A stretch of DNA of 64,000 nucleotides from Octopus vulgaris (GCA_951406725.2 OX597828.1:75206001-75270000); one strand, 5' to 3'; counted from the stretch's first letter, positions 25,529-38,648 are shown. Notes: generated by a model not told the origin, from the sequence alone. A program made the numbers and translations.

Positions 25529-26587
25529 CTGTGTGTGTATGTATTATATATATATATGTATATACACCAGGTACATAATTATATGTGTGTATCAAAGATT
25601 ACGTGTAAGTGAATACGTGGTTGTGTGTATTGTATTATGTGTATAAAATGCGTCCACGCGTGTGCGTACACGCCTCCACACGCATACCTGTGCGTATATG
25701 CGCGTGTGTGTGCGCAGTGTGTGTGTGTGTGTGCGTTTAGGCAGGATTGCAAATCTCAAATAGAAAGTAATTAAGAACGAGAATGAACGCAGAGATACCT
25801 CCCTCCCTTCCTCCCTCCTCCTATTACCATTTATGATCTCCTGTGCCTCCTCCCCGACACCCGCCACCCTTTGCCATTAATGATCCACTGAAGCGTCCCC
25901 CACCACCACTCACTTGCCGCCCCCCTCCCGTTAATGTTCTGCCGCCGCCCCCACCAGCACCTCCACCCACCAACCCCCCTACAGCCATTAAAGCTTAAAG
26001 TAGAATTTATTGTGTATTATTTAATCAAATTATATTTAAATCGCCACAGTCATCATCGTCATCATCATTCTGATCTTCACCATCGCCGCCACCACCATGA
26101 TGACGATGATCATCATCATCAGCAGCCACACTACCACCACTGCAATATCGATATCCCTGTTACCATCGCCGCCACCACCAACGCCATCATTACTGTTAAC
26201 ATCACTTTCACCACCATCATCATCATTATCATCAGCAACAACCCCACTATACTGTCACTGGCTCTGCTACCATTATTACTCTCCCACGCCCCAACCACCA
26301 CCATCACCACTACCACCACCTCAAACGTCACCACCAACAGCACCACCACAACCCCTGCCACGGATGGTCATCAATGGAAGTCTTTGAACATAGGTATGTT
26401 CGATCGATGGTGACCAGAGGCTAAACGGCAACAACAACAAGAACGTCACAAACCGCAACTACAAGACGACGACGACCACCACCACCACCACCACCAGTTA
26501 AAACCATAGCAACACGTGGCAATGACAACAGCGTGAAGAACAAGCACAGCTGTTATTGCAACAATAACAGGAAGAACAATGACTGGT

Positions 26588-26899
26588 ACTCCGTCGGTTT
26601 CAGTTGACCCGCTCAATGAAACAGCCTGCTTGTGAAATTAGCATGCAAGTGGCTGAGTACTCCATACACATGCGTACCTTTTAACATGGCCCCCAAGGAT
26701 TCTTCAGTGTGACACAGAATGTAATAATGCTGCCCCCCCCCTTCGAATTACAGGTACAACTAATTTTTATCAGTTGAGTGGACTGGAGCAATATGAAATA
26801 AAATGTCTTTCCCAAGGGCAGAACGTGACATTGGGAATCGAACTCAAGACTTTACGATCGTCAGCCGAATGCCCTAACCACTTAGCCACGCGCCTTCAC
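26588..26899 (-). mobile_element. CORE-type tRNA SINE, family C
   Basis: Reverse-complement match to 44757-45067. Confidence 0.85.
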
Positions 26900-26976
26900 A
26901 AGAACAGTAACAGCGACAAGAGGAACACCATGTCCATCACTAAGTCACAACAACAAAATGAGCAACAGCAGCAACA

Positions 26977-27454
26977 GTGGCCCAGTGGTTAGGGCAGCGG
27001 ACTCGCGGTCGCAAGAACGCGGTTTCGATTCCCAGACCGGGCATTGCGAGTGTTTATTGAGCAAAAACACCTAAGCTTCACGAGGCTCCGGCGAGGGTTT
27101 GGTGGTGAACACCGCTGTACTCTTTCACCACAACTTTCTCTCACTCTTTCTTCCTACTTTTCTCACAAAGCAGAGGAACCATGGTGTAACCCACTATGGT
27201 GTGGTAAACCTTCAGACCCTAGTCTAGATTGCAAATCCTCTGTACCCCAGGATGGTTCAGCTCTCCACCCGTTAAAACCCACCGTTTACGGAATGAGGAT
27301 AACAACGTTGCTTATGCGCCCGTGCAACCGCCAGTCTGTCGCGTGTGGTGGGTGGATCTTCAAGTTGCCACATGCATTCTTGTAGCTTAGAGTAGGCTCG
27401 AATTAGAGATTAATCTTTGTGGCTAATGGCGTGAGTCCTGATTGGAAGAAGAAG
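26977..27454 (+). mobile_element. tRNA(Arg-like)-derived SINE, family E, with 12-bp TSD
   Basis: Head gtggcccagtggttagggcagcggactcgcggtc..ggtttcgattccc, (gaa)n tail, and direct repeat acagcagcaaca at 26965-26976 and 27455-27466. Confidence 0.75.
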
Positions 27455-28055
27455 ACAGCAGCAACAAGTGGTAGCAACAATAACAATATGAAGAACAATC
27501 ACAGATGTAATCAATACAATAACAGCAACAACAACGGCAATAACAACTGTAGTTCACAAATAATGGTTTCCCTTCGTCTAGCAGTTTTTGAGACATCGCA
27601 AAAGGTCACGAAAGAAGCCCTTCCGCTTCTCACGAAAATAATACAACAATAACAAGCACAGAATCAATTGTCACTGAAAATAGTCGACTAAAATATATTG
27701 CAATACCATTATTGAAATCGATGTCAAAACCTATGAACTGGTAAACCAATAAATATTCGAACCGTTCAGCCAATTCGATACAATATCAGAGAGCAGAGCG
27801 GGGAGGAGAAACAATCAGACGTATTTTATTATTGACATTTTTTTTACTCCAAATGTTCAAAGGTAAACGTATGAGTGCTGCTCTTTGGGGGTGCCAAAGC
27901 CGAGACAAATTTGGCTATTATGTTCCAACTTTGGTGAGGTGGGGAAAAAAAGTCAGATTTTATTCCAACAAAAGTTGATTACCGAATTGGATTTTAGCCA
28001 AAAACATTAGCTTGCCTATTATGCATCATGCTTGATAAAAGCACGACGATAAAGA

Positions 28056-28103
<48 letters not shown>

Positions 28104-28247
28104 AATATGGTGATAAAAGAGAATGATGACAAAAGAGTTTGATGATGACTTTCATAGAACCGGCTGATAGCAATAATAATATTGGAAAACTTATAACTAG
28201 ATACTCCATAGGAATAACAATATCAGCCCTTTTATACAGAAGTACGT

Positions 28248-28296
<49 letters not shown>

Positions 28297-28302
<6 letters not shown>

Positions 28303-28502
28303 GTTCAAAAAGTTTGTCCGCACTAAGTATTTTATTGCAGAATAAATATTAATAAGATGGTATAAGACTACAAAAGAATATATTAGACTTTACAAGAGTT
28401 TAAAAAACTTTATAAGAGGTGTTGAAAGTGTTGTTCTTCATTTTCGATACATAACTTGACTCTTCTAAAAAAATTCACTGCAGAAAGACTTTTTGAACAC
28501 CC

Positions 28503-28504
<2 letters not shown>
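28297..28504. mobile_element. Tc1/mariner-type MITE in (TA)n
   Basis: TIRs tagggtgttcaaaaagt / actttttgaacacccta, TA context, ~208 bp. Confidence 0.8.
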
Positions 28505-28542
<38 letters not shown>

Positions 28543-28586
28543 AAATAGGTTTCATAGAGAAAACAAACTACACGTGGTAGATATAT

Positions 28587-29444
28587 GGGGAAAGTAAGAA
28601 GCAAAAAGCGAAAATGTACATTGGATATAAATAAAAATAAATATAGGCTATTTTATGAAAATTATCGATAAATATATACAATTAGATGAACTGAGGTAGA
28701 ATCAAGAGGAAAAAAATTCATTATTTTGAATTGTTAAAGGGATTCAAAGTATACCTGTATTGTAAATTGCTGCTCACTGGCTTTGAATACGCACCGTTTA
28801 CCGAAGTGTGTTGAGTCTACTAGTCCCGAATAAAAAAGATTATATGCAAGGGAGGTAATTCTGGGAGTGGCGCAATTAGTGGAGATGTAATACTGTAATA
28901 TGAATGGTGTATGGAATGTATGGGAATTAGTGGTATTAATAATGGTAAGGTTATGTGGTCATACTATGCGGAGAAAATCCCTGGAGAAGGACATCATGCT
29001 CGGAATGGTCAGTGGCAAGAGAGGAAGAGGCCGACCAAGAACCCGCTGGCTCGACACCATCAAGAGTGATACCGGAATGGACATAGCCAATCTGAAAGAA
29101 GTGACCCAGGATAGAACTGACTGGAGGACACTGATCCATCGAGTAACCGAGAGTCGACTTCGACTGAGCGGATCGATAGATAGATAGATAAGGTTATGTG
29201 TTCATGTTGAGTTATTTATTGATGAAAGTTGCTTCTTTATTCATTCTTTGCTGAACTGAGGTGTTCTGTGAACATTGGTATAAAGGGAAAATTTGAAGGT
29301 TAGGATTAAGGTTCCTAGCACACTCTTCTATGTGTTCACCCACCTGTAACTGTCTGTATTGTGGGTAGAGGATTTGGTCTTCGTGAAGAGTTGTATTTAT
29401 TTTGTTTTATACCCAATGTGCATTTTCGCTTTTTTCTTACTTTC

Positions 29445-29447
<3 letters not shown>
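28587..29447 (-). mobile_element. 5'-truncated Penelope-like element (GIY-YIG C-terminus + pLTR + inverted tail), interrupted by an RTE
   Basis: Minus 29390-29200 translates TLHEDQILYPQYRQLQVGEHIEECARNLNPNLQIFPLYQC..QQRMNKEATFINK; ~60-bp inverted repeats at 28587-28645 and 29390-29447; TA flanks. Confidence 0.7.
28958..29188 (+). mobile_element. RTE/BovB-like LINE 3' end with TSD
   Basis: Open frame GHTMRRKSLEKDIMLGMVSGKRGRGRPRTRWLDTIK..QDRTDWRTLIHRVTESRLRL, (atag)n tail, and direct repeat taaggttatgtg at 28946-28957 and 29189-29200. Confidence 0.9.
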
Positions 29448-29531
<84 letters not shown>

Positions 29532-29655
29532 GTGTGTGTGTGTGTGTGTGTGTGCGTGTGCGTGTGCGAGCGTGTCTGGTGATTAAGATTCCTAGCTTTT
29601 ACCCAGACGGCCTGATTTCGATACCTGGCATGGGAACACAATCATTTTTTTTATT

Positions 29656-29859
29656 GGCGTAGAGGTGGGTGTGTGTGATTTAGAAGCTTGCTTACCAACC
29701 ATGTGGACTTGGGTTCAGTGTCACTGCGTGGCACTTTGGTCAACTATCTTTTATTATAGCCGTAAGTCAGGCAAGGTCTTGTGAGTGGATTTGGTAGAGT
29801 GACAGAAACTGAAAGAAGCTCATTGCGTTTATGTATGTAGGTATGCATGTATGTATGTG

Positions 29860-29904
<45 letters not shown>

Positions 29905-30090
29905 TTTCCTCCACCACCTCTTGATAACCTGTGTCGGTTTCTTTACTCCCCGTAACTTAGCAGTTCACCAAACAGTTCGATAGCATAAGTACTAGGCTTA
30001 AGCGAATAAATACTGGGGTTGATTTGTTCGACCAAACCCTTCAAAGCACTGCCCCAGCATGGCCGCAGACCAATGACTGAAACAAGGAAA
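29656..30090 (+). mobile_element. Family B SINE, near full length with internal microsatellite
   Basis: Head, CORE-like gcgtggcactttgg, TA/TG tract, and tail ending cagcatggccgcagaccaatgactgaaac. Confidence 0.85.
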
Positions 30091-31742
30091 TGGTGAACAA
30101 CAGACGATGTGTGTTTATATAATTATGGTACTTGTGCAATACTTTCACAAATCTATTGATGTGGAACGGTATCTTGAAAGAGATACCCTGTTGTTCTTTT
30201 AGGTGGGCCTTTCTGCTTCGCTTCTTCCTTACCAATTAGCCAATTTATTAATTGATTGGTTTCTCAAAAACCGTTCGTCGCACCCTCTGACCTTATCGAC
30301 GATGTATCCCACGCATAATTACGCCGTGCTTGCTTCTCGAAATGTAAGGAGGAATATTTCTATGTTTTGGATATTTATAATGTATAAACTCTGCGCACAC
30401 GCGAGCGCGTGTGTATGGTAAGTGCAAGAGAAACACGTCATCGGTGAAAGGAGTTTCACAAACCAATTTATAATGAAACAGTAATGGAACATAACACGTA
30501 CGTGTGTTTTATTAGCACAATAACCCATCCAAATTATAACAATGTCAAGGGGATTGGTGTAGACTTTATCGCAAGAATTTGAATCTTCAACATTATATTG
30601 ACTTGTAAATCTAACAGTGAAAGGTAATATTTCTGTGGTAGTGCCTAGATAAATCATATTGATTCTGCCTGCTCCAAAGAGGCAGGAACATACGCTACCA
30701 CCCAACATCATCAATTCATTCTGGAGATGAAATAGAAAGATCTCGAAAATTTGATGACAGATTTCGTAAGTTTACGACTACAAACGAACTGTAAGGAATT
30801 CATACGAAAAGATGACAGACATTGTCAGAAAAGATAAATCGAGAACACAGTCGTGTATTCAATTACATAAATGCACAGACACACACATGCAAATGCACAC
30901 ACACACATGCATAGGTGCGTATATGTACAAATGCATACACTTATACAGACGCACATATTCACTTTTACACACATACGCTCAATGACGCAAATGCACTCAT
31001 ACACAAATATTGTGCACATACATATGCAAGTACAAACACACGCACTGGCACACACATGCACACAAATACGCACAGACACGTACACACACAAGCACGAACG
31101 CGCGCACACACATATGCACAGATGCATACACACTCACGTACACGCATGCGCAGACGCACACATACACATACACGCATATGCACAGACGCATATGAAGTTC
31201 TATATAATTACACATGCACAGGTGCACATACACACATACATGTACCCGTAGAAGCACATACACATATATACACAAATACGCACAGGCGGGGACACACACC
31301 ACACACACATACACCTATGCTCGTACACATGCACAGACGTACACACAAACACTCATGCACGTAAACATATATGCAGAGACGTGCACATATGCATACATAC
31401 ACATATGCACACATGCACGGGTGCACATACAAGAATATTGTTTAACTAGCTGCACCCTAACTTCGTAAAAATCAATTTTCCTAATAAGATTTATTAATCA
31501 ATCATCGTAAGGGTGAATCTCAAGATGTCAATCATTATAACAGCGTGTAATATTTGGGGTTAAAAGCCCCTGGGATGGAGAAAAGGTCAAAGAGTCTACC
31601 CATTTCGTGACCTTCCACTCGTGAACCAAATACCCTAAACACTTAGTGACAAATGATTTCACATCTCGATACCCCTAAATTTTCTTGAAAACATTTTAAT
31701 GCAACAACTTTAAAATTTTAAATTTAACGAACTTGTTTCAGA

Positions 31743-32003
31743 ATGAAGTGAAAGCATGTTGTCAACTTAATGTGACAGTCCCATGAAAGGGAAGAATGCT
31801 ACTGTTATTTAGCCCCAGGAAACACTGTTTCCAGTTGGCCATGACACATTTCCTGTGTCCTTGTTTTCCACTTTGAAAACATAAGGGACACAGGAAATGT
31901 GTCAAGTCCAACAGGAAACGGTGCTTCCTGGGGCTAAATAACAGTAGCATTCTTCCCTTTCATGGGACTGCTACATTAAGTTGACAACATACTATCACTT
32001 TAT
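31743..32003. mobile_element. Palindromic (foldback/MITE-like) element, ~125-bp arms
   Basis: Arms about 90% complementary by eye, including a perfect 46-bp block cagtcccatgaaagggaagaatgctactgttatttagccccaggaa. Confidence 0.85.
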
Positions 32004-32254
32004 CGTGCTGCAACTGTATAAGTCTCTCTGAAAGATTTAGAAATATATTATTTCTATTGTTTCAGAATCTCCCAAATATAATTGAGAATCTCGATTATTT
32101 CAATCTTGCCTCATTCACACCCATCTTCCACCCAATTCCACCCGATATGGCATTATATCCGATTCTTTCTCCATTCAAGAGCTATGTCCTGAATATGACA
32201 CCACTCTTGTCAGTTCTGTTGGGTTTTCATTTGCTTTCCACCCCTAATTGTATC

Positions 32255-32560
32255 GAAGGAATGTAGCTAAGTGTTTAGGGTATTTGGTTCACGGGTGGAA
32301 GGTCATGAGTTCAACTTCCGGCGGCGCATTGTGCCTTTGGGCAAGACACTCCAGTCCACTCGGCTATCAAAAACGAGTTGTGCCTATAATGCAAAGGGTC
32401 AGCCTTCTTACATTCTGTGTCACCCTGAATCTCCAGGAGAACTACATTAAGGGCACGCATGTCTGTGGTGTACTCAGCCACTTGAAGGTTAATTTTACGA
32501 GCAAGCCATTCCATTGATCGGATCAGCTGGAACAGTCAGCGTTGTAACTGACACAGAGCC
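32255..32560 (+). mobile_element. Family C SINE
   Basis: Matches 44757-45067 (gcaagacact, cagccttctt, ctcagccacttg, ttgatcggatcagctgg). Confidence 0.85.
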
Positions 32561-33930
32561 AATTTCTTTTTCATCCCTAATTCTACTCCACAGATTACAA
32601 TTTCTCTAACATGTGGCATTTCTTCCACCACATTTTGAAAAACAGAACATGTTGAAACTTAGAAGTCATGGCGACCTTTCTAAAATTTCAATTTTTTTTT
32701 ACTCTCACTCATGAGTAGAGTTCCTCATTCAGTTAATGTTTGTATGATAAATAAAAAGAAAAACGTCAATATAAATACATACGCATGCATATATGTGCGC
32801 GCGCGCACATGTGTGTGTGTATATTGTTACATACGTTACAAACATATACATGTATGTGGGTGTATGCATATATATGAATACATATTTATATCTCCAACCT
32901 CTCTCATTTTACGCACATACACATCTACATATACACACCCTCATATATAGACACATACATACAGTAACAAAAAGAAATAAAAAGGTGTATGAACAAGTAA
33001 CTGGAGATCAAAGAACTTAATTATCGATCAGCTTTAATGTAGGTTATTGATGATCTGAAGTAAACCTTGAAATATATATAAATATAGATATATCGATTTT
33101 TAGTCTTTGATGGAAAGCCAAATATTTGTATGGGAGTAAAGAAATATAGTCAACTGAACTGTACCCCCGTATACATCTGGTATTGATGTTACTGTTGTTT
33201 ATTGCTAGATCAACGAAGGTCTCTTGTCGCTTATAGCTCCCTTCAAATGTAAAATATGCTGTAGGAATATTAAATGAACCCTTTTAATCCTTCACCGATA
33301 CTTCGTTTTATCAAATCCTCGATGAATAAAAACAAAGTTGGCGTTAGCGAGATTTGAACTCAGAAGGGCTAATTCAAAATACCAAAGGTTTTCTTTTTAA
33401 TTTTACGACACTCTAGGCATTCTGCCAATCCACTGCAACTTAAATCGAGCTAACCAATGGTTAAAGAGCCCCGTCTATGACCATTCCGACCTTACATATC
33501 AGGGGCGAGACTGTCCATTATGTTGTTCTTTTTTTAAAGACAGTAGTGTGTGATTCAGGAAATGCTTGGCTTCTATTTCTTATATATCTCGCAACCACAA
33601 AGGGGATTCCCATACTTGTGAAAGGTCAGTGTTGTATTGATCGATTATTCCAACCATTGATATACACAAATTTCTGCATATGTAAGATAACTTATCACTG
33701 AGCTACAGGTTCTGTTAGATTCTACTATGAAGATAACATCTATCAGACCCGAATCCGTCAGCATTGTAGTTCTGTGCCTGCGCACAAAGACTAGGCTGCT
33801 CGTGTCTTGGAGCTTGGAAATTAACTGCAAGAATTTGCTATTTCTTGACATTTTCTACTCAGTTCTTTGTAAATTACTAAATATATGTTTTCAGGAAATT
33901 ACGAGGAAATTTCAATCACTCAATCAGTCG

Positions 33931-34012
<82 letters not shown>

Positions 34013-34027
34013 ATCTACCTCTCTCAC

Positions 34028-34145
<118 letters not shown>

Positions 34146-34158
34146 CACACACACACAT

Positions 34159-34206
<48 letters not shown>

Positions 34207-34491
34207 TATATAAATAATTCTTTCGAACTATTTTCCTGTTCCCTTCAGAGAACATTAATGTATCTTCAAATCGTCTCAATCCCCACAGCTGCAGTTATCT
34301 ACATTATACTGGTTTCAGGTATTCAGAATTATGACGTGTTCTGTATACAAATGAACATGCTAACACACACACACACACAGAACCCTCAATATATATATGT
34401 TCTTTAATTTGCTACATGGGTGACCTATATGTTATATACAAATCAGCTATCAATAATATAATTATTATATCCTGATAGGATACTGATATAT

Positions 34492-34526
<35 letters not shown>

Positions 34527-34642
34527 CATATACATTTACATATACATATACATACATATATATGTACATATATACATACGTATATAAGTACATATATATA
34601 TATATATTTATATATACATATATATACACATACATATATATC

Positions 34643-34674
<32 letters not shown>

Positions 34675-34870
34675 TATATATATATACATATACATATATA
34701 TATATACATATATGTACATATATATATACATATATACATATATATATATATGTACATATATATATGTGCATATATATATGTACATATGCATATATATGTA
34801 CATATATACATATATATATATGCATATATATATATATGTACATATGCATTTTTATATAGATATATATATG

Positions 34871-34958
34871 TATTTCCTTCTTTCCTGAGCGTCCAATAAT
34901 ACTATATTTATTCCACGTCCTCGCGTTATTGTGTTATTTTGTGCTTTCTTGTTTGGAT

Positions 34959-34963
<5 letters not shown>
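34871..34963 (+). mobile_element. pLTR tail fragment in (TA)n, same family as 38458-38650
   Basis: Reverse complement of about 38458-38550 (cctgagcgtccaataatact..ccacgtcctcgcgtt..gtttggattaact). Confidence 0.7.
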
Positions 34964-34999
<36 letters not shown>

Positions 35000-35221
35000 T
35001 TATGTACATATATATATATATGTGTGTGTGCGTGTGTGTGCACATATATATATATGTGCGTGCGTGTGTGTGTGTATACCAATATAAATTCGAAGTTCTC
35101 TGGGTTGCCGAGGGAATGTGGGTCATTTTCTCTGGTGAAAGGCAAGTATTTCGAAACAGATCTATGAGATCTGAATTACACTTTGATCTAAGGAACTAGA
35201 TATGTACAAAAAAATAGAAAG

Positions 35222-35715
35222 CACTCCGTCGGTTACGACGACGAGTGTCCCAGCTGATACGGTCAACGGAACAGCCTGCTCGTGAAATTAACGAGCAAGT
35301 GGCTGTGCACTCCACAGACACATGTACCTTTGGTGTAGATTCAGCGTCACACTGAGTGTGACAAGGCTGGCCCCTTTCAATTAAAGGTATAACTCATTTT
35401 TGCCAGCTGAGTGGACTGAAGCAACGTGAAATAAAGTGTCTTGCTCGAGGACACAACGCACCGCCGGGAATTGAACTCACCAAGCCACACGCCTTCACAA
35501 TATATATCTTCTTTTATTCTATTACTTGTTTCAATCATTAGAGTGCGGCCATGCTGGGGCACCACTTTGAAGAATTTTAGTCAACTGAATCGACCCCAGG
35601 ACTTTTATTTTACCAAGCCTGGTATTTATTCTTTTGTTCACTTTTGCCGAACCGCTAATCTACGGGGATGTAAACACACCAACACCTGGTTGTCAAGTGG
35701 TGGTGGTGGTGGGAC
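35222..35715 (-). mobile_element. Family C SINE (35222-35498) adjacent to a family B 3' tail (35507-35715)
   Basis: cactccgtcggttacgacgacgag..ccacacgccttcac, then gcggccatgctgggg..ttttgccgaaccgctaa..ggttgtcaagtggtgg. Confidence 0.85.
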
Positions 35716-36652
35716 ACACACACGCATATATCTTGCTCAAAACACTTGTCTCTATGTCTCTTTTATCACATATTGCATTGAGCACATAGGCATGAGATAT
35801 GCAGCACTGAATGGCGATTTACTTCGCTTGATATTCATTCATTTATTCAAACCGAGACAGATTCCAGTCTTCATTAGATTTCATTTTGATGTTGCACCCT
35901 TTTCTCTCTACTGAAATGTAAATTACAAAATGGAATGATTTTACAAACTGCCCGCGGCACATGCAACGAATGTAGCGGAGAACATTCTCATAAATAAGTA
36001 ATTTCACCGCATCACATTTTAGCAGCTTCCCGTATTACGTGACACGTTTGTAGCAAAGAACATTTTTATATATTGATAGAGTTCCTGCTTCGTAAATTCC
36101 TTCCAGTCAAAACACGGCATTTTTTCTGAATGAAAGCTTATATATTTTCGAGCTAATATCATCTCATTCCTTACACTTTCTTTCATTTTCGGCTGTACCA
36201 ATCTTTTTATAACGAATTCTATACACAGAAAGACGAACAAAAATAAAAGAAAATGCAAAAATGAAAATAGAAAAGTATACATTTCAATGTTTTCTTTGGT
36301 TTCGCCTGAAATTCATTATAAGTTGCAGTTGCTGTTTAGTTGGGGTCGAGATCTAGGATCAAAAACATTCTAGCCGTAACCACCAAGTTTTTAAACATAC
36401 TTTGTTTTACATTATTTTATGTTCTCCTCCGGGTTTTTTTATTTAGAAATTCTAAAGCTATCTTATGACAAAAAAGGATAAATCTGGGGCCTTATTTCCG
36501 CAGAGGGATGCTGCCATTTATCCAATCTGATGAACCACTGAGGGACAGAAATGCTTAGTGTGGTCATGCGACCTGATAGAAACTGCAACTAAATGACACT
36601 CACAGCGCACTCAACTACCTTTAAAATTAAGCAACATGAACAACAAGAATAT

Positions 36653-37038
36653 TCTTTTCTAGGTTCGAAATTTTGGGGGAGGGGGCCAGTCGACTGGATC
36701 TACCCCAGTACACAACTGGTACTAAATTTATCGATCCCGAGAGGATGAAAGGCAAAGTCGACCTCGGCGGGATTTGAACTCAGAACGTAAAGACAGATGA
36801 AATACCTATTTCTTTACTACCCACAAGGGGCTAAACACAGAGAGGACGAACAAGGACACACAAACGGATTAAGTCGATTACATCGACCCCAGTGCGTAAC
36901 TGGTACTTATTTAATCGACCCCGAAAGGATGAAAGGCAAAGTCGACCTTGGCGGAATTTGAACTCAGAACGTAACGGCAGACGAAATACGGCTACGCATT
37001 TCGCCCGGCGTGCTAACGTTTCTGCCAGCTCGCCGCCT
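36653..37038 (-). mobile_element. Dimeric family A SINE
   Basis: Two bodies joined by the linker tttctttactacccacaaggggctaaacacag; same architecture as 63347-63742. Confidence 0.9.
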
Positions 37039-37463
37039 CAATATTGACTGAAAAATGGAGTGACCCGTAGACGGTCAATGAGAGCGTTAGAAATAACAGC
37101 CAACTTTATCGAAAATCCCGTCATACACTAAAGGACATTTTCGATACATTGGTCAGGATTGGAACGTCTTTGATTGTATGTCTGTTTGATCAGGACTGAC
37201 CAAGGGTTAAACATCGACAATAAAGATGAATAATCAGGGAAGAAAATAACTTAAAAGGAGTATATTTAAGAAGCGGGAAGAAATGGTCTTCTCTGGGCCC
37301 CAAGTCTTCATCTAAATATATTAGAAGAGCAAGTTGTCAACCAGGAATTTGAACTGGCATTTCACCCACCGCCCATGCTGGAGTGAATCTCATTCGTCGA
37401 ATACTTGGAAACTTGAAAAAAAAAAACGTAGTGCATGGTTGTATGTGAGTGTGTGAGAGTGAA

Positions 37464-37496
<33 letters not shown>

Positions 37497-38404
37497 TAGA
37501 GACAGAGAGAGTGTGAATGCAATTGTAAATATAGGTGTGTGCGAGTGAGTGAAGGTATGTGTGTGAGTGAGCGTAAGTGTGTGTGTGTGAGTGAGAGCGT
37601 AGGTATGTGTGTGTGATCCTTTCATCCTAGGGTTGTAATGATACAAAAGAAGAGGCCGAGCAACTCCTCTTTCAAAAATGAAACAAAAAAGCCACTCTTA
37701 ACAAGACCACCACCACCACCAACTCTATGCTGCATCATCTAAAAATCCTCCCACCTCTACCATCGACTATCCTTTCCTCCATTATTAAATATTAAAAAAG
37801 AAAATAACCTGCAAAAAGCCAACAACGATTACGTTGGAATAGTGAGATCCAAGTGGATGGTGGAGAAGATTTAAATATCAACCAACTGTTATAATTCTTA
37901 ATTATTCAGAAAGCATTTTGCTCTATTAACTCGTAATTAAATTTACCAAGATTAAGTGCTCTGGAATCAAATTGATAGATTTTAATCCAATGCACTTTAT
38001 TGCAATATAAATTGCTGCAATTTTGTCAAAAAAAGGTGAAATATTCCGTAATGCATGTTGCATTGTTAAGGCAGTTTTTTAAAACAACGAAAAATGGGAT
38101 TTTTGCACGAAAGCCAGCTACAACCCTTTTGTTAAGTTATTTCTTTTCCTTGAAAAAAAAAATGCTGTTTTACATTCATCTTTTGTCAACGGCAGCTGTA
38201 ATAATAACGATTCTTTTTTTTTTGGGGGGGGGGGTTACTTTTTGAGAATTAAGTATTCATGTTCTATAGATTCTGCCTGGAAATTACCATCTTTATCTTT
38301 GTTTGTCATCGGAATACGCTGAAAAGGAAGAGGAAAAACGGAGAGCGGAGGAGAAAGTGGGGTAAAACTGTAGGAGCAGTTACACAGAAAATGTATGATA
38401 TATG

Positions 38405-38439
<35 letters not shown>

Positions 38440-38457
38440 ATGTATATATGTATATAA

Positions 38458-38648
38458 AGTTAATCCAAACAAGAAAACACCAAAAAAAAAACACAACAAC
38501 GCGAGGACGTGGAACAAATAAAGTATTATTGGACGCTCAGGAAAGAAGGGAAGAAGGAGGGTTTAACGTTTCGAGCGGAGCTCTTCGTCGGAAACATAGG
38601 AGAAGGAAAGATTCCGAGAAGGGAAGACAGAGGAAAAAAATCGCCAGC

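Noticed and set aside
36526-36556. CTGATGA..GAAA hammerhead-like spacing
   Set aside because: Stems I and II do not pair
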